32,000 bases of DNA, from contig CP178758.1 of assembly GCA_047651235.1 (NCBI GenBank), positions 2,730,001 through 2,762,000 on the forward strand, written 5' to 3'. This stretch comes from Candidatus Electrothrix yaqonensis. Lineage in GTDB: Bacteria > Desulfobacterota > Desulfobulbia > Desulfobulbales > Desulfobulbaceae. The position numbers and the translations under genes were made by a program. Positions 25,993 through 32,000 of this stretch are shown one piece after another; within the stretch, counting starts at the first letter, position 1, and each line of letters starts with the position of its first letter. The notes under the pieces were generated by a model. It made no database searches, was not told the DNA's origin, and saw nothing but the letters and a program-made list of their open reading frames with translations.

Positions 25993-26957
25993 TAACTGTT
26001 CTTTTCTTTCTGCTGCCGTGTGCTCAGCACTTTGCGGACCACGTAAATAGGTTTGTTCTGCGATTCATGATAGGTTCTGACCTGCAGTTCTCCCAGCAGC
26101 CCTATGGAGATAAACTGCATTCCCATGAACATAAGTAGAATGGCCAGCAGCAGGAGAGGGCGGTCGCCCATGCCGACGTGAAAAAACAGTTTCTGGATGG
26201 TCATGATCAGAGCGATGAAAAAACCTGCTCCGCCGCTGACAAGACCGAGCATCCCGAAGACATGAATCGGGCGGGTTCCGTAACTGAGCAGGAATTTGAC
26301 CGTAGTCAGATCAAGGATAACCCGCAAGGTTCTCGAAATTCCATATTTCGAGGTACCGAAACGCCTGGGCCGGTGATTTGCCCTGACCTCGGCGATTCTG
26401 CCGCCCACGCCGCTGGCAATGGCCGGAATAAAGCGGTGCATCTCGCCGTAGAGGTGAATCCCTTGGGTGATTTCTTTACGGAAGGTTTTCAGGGTGCAGC
26501 CGTAGTCATGCAGATGAACCCCGGTGACCAGCGAGATGATCTTGTTGGCAATCATGGAGGGCAGACGGCGGTTGAGAAAGGGATCCTGCCGTTTGTACCG
26601 CCAGCCGCTGACCAGTTCGTACCCTCCTTCCATTTTTGCCAGGAATTTCGGAATATCATGAGGATCATTCTGCATATCCCCGTCCATGGTCACGATCACA
26701 TCTCCGGAGGCATGATCAAACCCGGCGGACATCGCTGCGGTCTGGCCGAAGTTGCGGCGGAAGGAAACCACCACCACGTTTTTATCCTGCGCCTGAATTT
26801 TTTCCAGCAGGGCAAGGCTGGAGTCGCTTGAGCCGTCATCAACAAAGATCACTTCATGATCGTGTTCCAGGGGGACAATAACGCCCTTCAGCTCGTCGTA
26901 GAGCGGATTGATGTTTTCTTCTTCGTTGTAGATCGGGATGACGACCGAAAGTTTCAT
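25992..26957 (-). CDS. GT2 polyprenyl-phosphate glycosyltransferase (GtrB/ArnC/DPM1-like) with two C-terminal TM helices
   Basis: 321 aa. LSVVIPIYNEEENI, VIFVDDGSSDSS, TMDGDMQNDP (DXD), then two hydrophobic helices near the C-terminus. An AAGGAAG Shine-Dalgarno is present. Confidence 0.85.
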   Translation of the reverse strand: MKLSVVIPIYNEEENINPLYDELKGVIVPLEHDHEVIFVDDGSSDSSLALLEKIQAQDKNVVVVSFRRNFGQTAAMSAGFDHASGDVIVTMDGDMQNDPHDIPKFLAKMEGGYELVSGWRYKRQDPFLNRRLPSMIANKIISLVTGVHLHDYGCTLKTFRKEITQGIHLYGEMHRFIPAIASGVGGRIAEVRANHRPRRFGTSKYGISRTLRVILDLTTVKFLLSYGTRPIHVFGMLGLVSGGAGFFIALIMTIQKLFFHVGMGDRPLLLLAILLMFMGMQFISIGLLGELQVRTYHESQNKPIYVVRKVLSTRQQKEKNS

Positions 26958-26982
26958 TATCTTCCTTAAAAACTTAATCTAA

Positions 26983-27903
26983 TTACGCAGAGTATTTCTT
27001 TAGTTCCTGCTCAAAAAGCTGCCGGGCGTTTCTTTCTCTCTCGATGTTCAAGCCTAACTTCATATGCCCCTGCGACTCCAGTTTAAGCCATATTGACAAA
27101 CCTTCAATCACCCCGAACTTGTCCGTTTCCGGATTGACTCCATCCAGAAAATCTTCAGGTGAAAGTGCCATATCTTCGGGATACCATTTTCTACCCTTGA
27201 TTCCCTCAATGGCGCCTTTGCCGTTCCAGCCGAGCATTGTTTGGCCGTCAGATATTGATTTGATCAACTTGGATGGTGCGGATATGCCAAAAACATGAAG
27301 TCTACGGTACAACAAGCACTTAGCTATATAAGCAGTTAAATATCCACGGACCATCCCAGATGAATATATCCACTCATTCGACAAGTGATAACGATAATAA
27401 GAGTTGTCAGCGGTATTGCCAATCTTTTCTTCAAACAGAAGCAGAGCAGGTTGTCCGTAACTTTTCTCGTCGGGCTTTATTAAAATTACACGGATATACG
27501 AATCGGGATTTTCTGAAGTCAACTGAGTGATGAAATCAGTAAATTCGTCAAAGTCTTTAGAAAAGTGATGAATAGGATAAATCTCACTGCTTGCCCCGTC
27601 CAACCATTCACGGCGCACAGCAAAACGTTTGCAGGCATCCTCCAGTATTTCCTCTGAGAGCCTACTCAATAGAGCGTCAGCACTGGCAACGTCTGCAACT
27701 GTAAGATTATGTCCAAAAACGCGGGGAATTTGATTCCGATGCACCCCGTGGCTTTCACATAACCGGATAAAACGAGATGCGACAGAGTCTTCTTTTTTCG
27801 GTTTGATTAGCTTGATTCGTTCCAAGATAGACCAAGCCGCATTGATTTGAGTGAAATACATGTTGGGATGATTAATACAAATAAATGTCCGGCCAGTTAT
27901 CAT
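26983..27903 (-). CDS. Orphan hypothetical protein in an AT-rich insert (292-306 aa)
   Basis: Single long clean ORF. About 42% GC in a representative line (27301), against about 67% in the neighbouring GT2 gene (26701), by hand counts. ATG 27903 would overlap the upstream gene by 32 nt; the alternative ATG 27861 (MYFTQINAAW) sits 10 nt after that stop. No motif recognised. Confidence 0.55.
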   Translation of the reverse strand: MITGRTFICINHPNMYFTQINAAWSILERIKLIKPKKEDSVASRFIRLCESHGVHRNQIPRVFGHNLTVADVASADALLSRLSEEILEDACKRFAVRREWLDGASSEIYPIHHFSKDFDEFTDFITQLTSENPDSYIRVILIKPDEKSYGQPALLLFEEKIGNTADNSYYRYHLSNEWIYSSGMVRGYLTAYIAKCLLYRRLHVFGISAPSKLIKSISDGQTMLGWNGKGAIEGIKGRKWYPEDMALSPEDFLDGVNPETDKFGVIEGLSIWLKLESQGHMKLGLNIERERNARQLFEQELKKYSA

Positions 27904-29971
27904 TACCGGTATGGAAGCTCAGGCGGGCCGTATTGCCCATAGGCGTGCCGATAGGCCAGAGAAAAATTTCATAATCCGCTGTATCATGCTCATGGCCGCC
28001 TGTACTTGCCCCGAAGACCAGCATGTCCCCGGTATTGGAAACCTTGGGAAAATACTCATGACTATATTCGCCTGGTGCATCATACCACAGTTCCCGCGTC
28101 ATTGTCTCCGGATTGACTTTGAAAAAGGCATTGCTGCCCCTTTTGGCGTGATCCACATGATAGAGATAGGAGGAATCTGGGGCCCAGGTCAGTTCACAGC
28201 CCTTGCCCACCTGGCGGAGGGACTTATCTTTATTGATCACAAAGGTGCCGCGCGCACCGCCTCTGAGCGTCACGGCCATGGCCTGCCTGTTCCCGCTCCA
28301 GCCGGGAGTTTCCAAAGTAATCGAGGCGCTCAGGGGCAGATTTTTTCCTGTCTCAAATACCACAGTTTCTTTCTGATCGGCAAGGGTATATTCGACAAAC
28401 TGGTTTGCCTGGCGCAGAAAATACACCTTCTCACCGTCTGCCGACCAAGTCGGCGTGTTGGCATTTTTCGCCAGCAGATGAACTTTTCCTGTGGTCAGCT
28501 CAAGCAGCCAGGTGTCCCAGGCATATTTGTTCCGCTGAGACACCCAGGGTTCTTGAGACCGGCAGAAAACTACCTTGGTACCGTCCGGCGAAATCCTTGG
28601 AAAATATTCTGTATGCGGATCCGTGGTCAGCTGGGTCAGTTCGAGTTCCGGCAAGGTCAGCATGACCAGATCATGATTGCCGAACCGGTTGCTGCTCCAG
28701 ATGACAAAGCCGTGCAGGTCATTCAGCACAGGGCTGGTGCGCTGGTCGGCGTGTGAGGTGCCGGGAATGGTTTTTCCGGGCAACGGCGGATGAAACGTGC
28801 CCATTTTCTGCACAGTCCGGACCTGGATTCCAAGAAAGAGTATTCCGGCTGTACAGATAAATGCAGCAGCAAAAAGCCATATTCTGCGCTTTCCGGCAGC
28901 GCGTTGCGCAGCACCTTGTCTGCCGAAAACCGAAAGAATAAAGACAATTGACGCGCCGATCCCGAAGGTATAGTCCACAGCCTGACTCCAGATATGCAGG
29001 GCCAGCATGACCACTGCAGAGGTTGCTTTGCCCACGCCCAGCGCAACCAGGGCAAGGGTGCCGCCCGCTTCATAGGTGCCGAAACTCATAAATGCCGGGA
29101 CCGGCAGCCCGGCAGCAGCCTCGGCGCTGACCAGGGCCGTGACAACCTCGGCAACTTCTCTGGTGATATCCGGAAAAGAAGAGGCAACCACGCCGGAAAA
29201 CAGGAGGTACAGTCCGGTGTATTTGGCAATACGCACCCCCACGGAAAGAGCCAGCACCTGCCCGGTAATTCCTCCTTTGGCGGTCTGCTGCAGAGAAGCC
29301 GAGGTATCCCGGATCAACTTGAACAGACGCTGCTTTAGTTCAGCCGCCCTGCCGCTGAACTCGGCATCTGCAGTATCACCTTCGGCAACACGCAACCGGC
29401 TGCTCAGTTTCTCCAGGACCGGAAAGAGCAGAATAAGCGCACAACCGCTGGCCAGGAAGAGCAGGAGAACCGTACTGATCAGCCAGAGCTGCACGTCTGC
29501 GGACAAAAGCTGGAAAGCGATCAGGCCCGCAAGCATCAGCGCTAGGGCAAGCAGGTCAAAGACAAAGGAGATGACAAGGGAGGACAGGCAGGCGTCGGCA
29601 CCGACCCTGAAGCCCCGATTCAGCATGGCAACATAACTCAGTTCCCCCAGACGGGCAGGCAGCATATCGACAAACATATTCCTGCTCATGGTCACGATAA
29701 ACAGGTGAAACAGGCCGGGCAGCTTCCGGGGATCATCAACTGCATTTTTCAGCAGAATCCGGTAGCGGACAGTCCGTAAAAACGTCTGCGTCAGACCGGC
29801 CAGCATGTACAGTCCGATGGCAGCCCAGGACGTATGACTGAGCACGGTCACCAGTTTCGGCCGGATTGCCGGTTCTGCCGAAGTATTAAAGCCGTTGAGC
29901 AGAAAAGCAAGCAGAAGGAGCGAAACGCCTATGGAAAGCAGAATATTCAGGGAAGAGCGACTGTTGATCAT
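27872..29971 (-). CDS. Fusion protein: flippase-like/LPG_synthase_TM (UPF0104) polytopic membrane domain + TolB/PD40-like beta-propeller
   Basis: 699 aa. The N-terminal ~390 aa have multiple TM helices and the family motif DMLPARLGELSYVAMLNR. The C-terminal ~280 aa (about nt 27872-28714) carry repeated PD40-type units: FPRISPDGTKVVF, PTWSADGEKVYF, LTWAPDSSYLYH, YFPKVSNTGDMLVF. Confidence 0.7.
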   Translation of the reverse strand: MINSRSSLNILLSIGVSLLLLAFLLNGFNTSAEPAIRPKLVTVLSHTSWAAIGLYMLAGLTQTFLRTVRYRILLKNAVDDPRKLPGLFHLFIVTMSRNMFVDMLPARLGELSYVAMLNRGFRVGADACLSSLVISFVFDLLALALMLAGLIAFQLLSADVQLWLISTVLLLFLASGCALILLFPVLEKLSSRLRVAEGDTADAEFSGRAAELKQRLFKLIRDTSASLQQTAKGGITGQVLALSVGVRIAKYTGLYLLFSGVVASSFPDITREVAEVVTALVSAEAAAGLPVPAFMSFGTYEAGGTLALVALGVGKATSAVVMLALHIWSQAVDYTFGIGASIVFILSVFGRQGAAQRAAGKRRIWLFAAAFICTAGILFLGIQVRTVQKMGTFHPPLPGKTIPGTSHADQRTSPVLNDLHGFVIWSSNRFGNHDLVMLTLPELELTQLTTDPHTEYFPRISPDGTKVVFCRSQEPWVSQRNKYAWDTWLLELTTGKVHLLAKNANTPTWSADGEKVYFLRQANQFVEYTLADQKETVVFETGKNLPLSASITLETPGWSGNRQAMAVTLRGGARGTFVINKDKSLRQVGKGCELTWAPDSSYLYHVDHAKRGSNAFFKVNPETMTRELWYDAPGEYSHEYFPKVSNTGDMLVFGASTGGHEHDTADYEIFLWPIGTPMGNTARLSFHTGNDNWPDIYLY

Positions 29972-30030
29972 ATCTGGGAGCCTTGGTGAAAGAATTCTGC
30001 TGTCAGCCTATACAGTGACCTGTCGCCCTG

Positions 30031-31065
30031 TCAAGTTTCCAGGGAATTTTTTGATTCCTTTTTCGGTTCAACAGGTTTAACGTTTTCGGACGTATCAGGC
30101 AGATCAGGAAACAGCACCCGCAGGAGGTACAGTATGCCTCCCAGCAGAGAATAACAGACAGAAATACCGAGAAACAGCAGGGCCAAAGATCTGGTCTGCA
30201 GATCACTCATCCCGGCCCAGCCGAAAAAAAACACATAGCCGGCATCACGCAGCCCCAGCCCGAAAATGGAGATCGGCACAGCCTCCAGCAGGGTGATCAG
30301 CGGCACAAAGGCGCTGAAATAAAAAAACGGGACCGAGGCATGGAGCGACAGGGCCAGCAGCTGGACAATCACGATCACCGAGAGCTGAAAGGTGAACGAG
30401 ATCAGCATGACCCGCAGCAGCAGCCTGCGGTCGGCGCCGTAGCACTGGAACGAAAGAAAAAATTTTTCCGCCAGCCCGACCAGCAGCGGGAAACGGTTCA
30501 GTCGGGTGATCTGCAGAAAGATGCGTACCGGTTTTTCTCTGGCCAGCGCCACCAGCACAGTCAGCAGGGTCAGCAGAATCAGGAGTGGGGCGAAAAAAAA
30601 GAACAGGTTGTCAAATGCACGGGCCACCAGAACCGAGGAAATCAGACTGAGCAGCACCAGGGCCAGAAAGCCGGAAAAGCGGTCAGCAAAAACGGACGCA
30701 GCAGAACGCACCCCGTCCCGGCTCTTTTTGGCGATATCATAAATCCGGTAGGAATCCCCGCCGATGTTGGACGGCAGAAACAGGTTATAAAAGCTGCCGA
30801 TCAGATAGGTCATGGTCAGGGTGGGCAAAGGGATATCCACGCTGTCCGCCAGCAGGAACAGCCGCCACTTCAGGGCACTGAGCACCGTATTCAGAAACAG
30901 AAGCAGTGAGATGGGCAGAAAATACCGGAAATCAATTTCCAGCAGCAGGTCACGCAGGTCAGCAACAGGAATTTTCCGGTAGAGCAGAAAAATAAGGCTG
31001 CTGCTGAACAGCACCTTAAAGGCGACAAACAGCCTTCTTCTGCTCCTATTGGCTTTTCTGCTCAT
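30031..31065 (-). CDS. Flippase-like/LPG_synthase_TM (UPF0104) membrane protein
   Basis: 344 aa, polytopic. Basic N-terminus, LSALKWRLFL and FLPSNIGGDSYRIYDI motifs typical of the family. The start overlaps the upstream stop (31062-31065). Confidence 0.7.
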   Translation of the reverse strand: MSRKANRSRRRLFVAFKVLFSSSLIFLLYRKIPVADLRDLLLEIDFRYFLPISLLLFLNTVLSALKWRLFLLADSVDIPLPTLTMTYLIGSFYNLFLPSNIGGDSYRIYDIAKKSRDGVRSAASVFADRFSGFLALVLLSLISSVLVARAFDNLFFFFAPLLILLTLLTVLVALAREKPVRIFLQITRLNRFPLLVGLAEKFFLSFQCYGADRRLLLRVMLISFTFQLSVIVIVQLLALSLHASVPFFYFSAFVPLITLLEAVPISIFGLGLRDAGYVFFFGWAGMSDLQTRSLALLFLGISVCYSLLGGILYLLRVLFPDLPDTSENVKPVEPKKESKNSLET

Positions 31066-31808
31066 GCCTGCGGCTCCGGTTTCCGGCTTCTGACAACCCG
31101 GGCAGGTACGCCGAGAGAAACGGTATAGGCCTCAACCGATCTGGTCAGCACGGCCCCGGACCCGGCCACACTGCCCTTTCCCATGGTTACTCCGCCCAGT
31201 ACGGTCACGTTGCCGCCCAGCCAGATATCCGCTTCCAGCCGGACTCCGCTGTCAGGCCGGATTCCCTGCTCCCGCATGGGAATATCCAGCCGGTCAATAT
31301 GGTAACTGCCCCCGCCGATAAGAAAACAGCGCTGGCCGATGATGCAGTCCGGCCCGATCTCCACCGGACAGTTGGTGGTGGACTGGACAATGGTCTGAGC
31401 GTTCAGGCCGCAGTTGTCACCGATACTGATGCTGCCGTTTTTGCAGGAAAGCATGACGTTATTTGAGAGAATAACATTATCGCCCAAACGGATGGAGACC
31501 GGTTCGCTTGCATGCCGGCCGTCGAGAATGCAGCCCTCGCTGATGACCACAGAATTTCCAAGGTGGAGTCTGCCGGGCTGCCGCAGGACAATATTGGCAG
31601 CAAACATGCAGCCTCTGCCGCAGCTCCCGAACATCCGGGGCCAGAAAATTTTACGCAGCACCATGCCCATAGCGCCGGGAATCGGGCCCAGCAGCAGGCA
31701 CCACTCGTAATATAAAAAGGAAACCAGGGAACGGCTTCCCACCATGATGTCCTGATATTTGGACAAAGGGGAACCGTTCCCGGCAACAGCATTGCGTGTA
31801 TTTTTCAT
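31062..31808 (-). CDS. Left-handed beta-helix (hexapeptide-repeat) acyl/acetyltransferase, WcaF-like
   Basis: 248 aa. Hexapeptide periodicity throughout the C-terminal two thirds (LGNSVVISEGCILDG, LGDNVILSNNVMLS, IGDNCGLNAQTIV, IGPDCIIGQRCFL, IWLGGNVTVLGGVTMGKGSVAGSGAVL). Confidence 0.75.
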   Translation of the reverse strand: MKNTRNAVAGNGSPLSKYQDIMVGSRSLVSFLYYEWCLLLGPIPGAMGMVLRKIFWPRMFGSCGRGCMFAANIVLRQPGRLHLGNSVVISEGCILDGRHASEPVSIRLGDNVILSNNVMLSCKNGSISIGDNCGLNAQTIVQSTTNCPVEIGPDCIIGQRCFLIGGGSYHIDRLDIPMREQGIRPDSGVRLEADIWLGGNVTVLGGVTMGKGSVAGSGAVLTRSVEAYTVSLGVPARVVRSRKPEPQA

Positions 31809-31898
31809 CCGTCCGGCCCAGAATTCCGTATTTTGCTCAGCTCAGTGCATCAGCAGCAGGCAGCAACAGTAACATTTTTTCAACATGCTGGCAACCGG

Positions 31899-31927
31899 TT
31901 GACATCTTCGGCAGGACAGCATAGATT
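31899..31927 (+). promoter_or_regulatory. Candidate sigma70 promoter pointing out of the right window edge
   Basis: TTGACA (31899-31904), exactly 17 nt, TAGATT (31922-31927). It is divergent from the minus-strand glycosylation operon. The gene it would serve lies outside the window. Confidence 0.4.
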
Positions 31928-32000
31928 GTGTAAATGGATGCAGCGGATGTGCAGCAGATATTGTCGGTCGCTGCCGCTGTTTACATGTACCGAGGAAATA

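Noticed and set aside
27911-30909. Plus-strand ORFs 27911..28756, 29076..29636 and 30340..30909
   Set aside because: They lie antisense to the flippase-like membrane protein genes. Their composition (Gln/Arg/His/Gly runs) is not protein-like.
31889-31904. Sigma54-like TGGCAACCGGTTGAC
   Set aside because: The GG-to-GC spacing is one nt short and the -12 element reads TTGA rather than TTGC. The overlapping TTGACA-N17-TAGATT sigma70 reading is much better.

Overview
This is a bacterial chromosomal window. Every confident gene but one lies on the minus strand, and no rRNA, tRNA or CRISPR array was seen.

Gene content, left to right:
- A partial UvrD/PcrA-type helicase. It is missing from the ORF track because it runs off the left edge.
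- A divergent small ORF, with an SOS-box-like palindrome between it and the helicase.
- An isoaspartyl peptidase/asparaginase and a metallophosphoesterase.
- An AT-rich island of about 4 kb (about 3870-7980). It carries a hemerythrin-like gene and a tightly coupled DNA methyltransferase, ABC-type ATPase and HNH nuclease operon.
- An exopolysaccharide export and regulation operon: a Wza-like exporter, an O-antigen-ligase-like membrane protein, a CpsB-type tyrosine phosphatase, a Wzc-type BY-kinase, a TPR protein and a J-domain membrane protein. The phosphatase gene is broken by a 103-bp MITE-like insertion.
- Two tandem secreted FecR-like paralogs, repeating with a 949-bp period.
- A PIG-L deacetylase, acetyl-CoA synthetase, an RCK-gated K+ channel and a small conserved ORF.
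- A glycosylation cluster: two GT2 enzymes, an AT-rich orphan ORF, a flippase-like/beta-propeller fusion, a second flippase-like protein and a hexapeptide acyltransferase.

The best candidate for a novel system is the methyltransferase + PtuA-like ATPase + PtuB-like HNH module at 4360-7751. It looks like a Septu-type effector pair placed under a methylation self-mark.

All calls rest on reading the translations and the DNA by eye. No database search was possible. Family names are motif-based recognitions, and motif coordinates were counted by hand.
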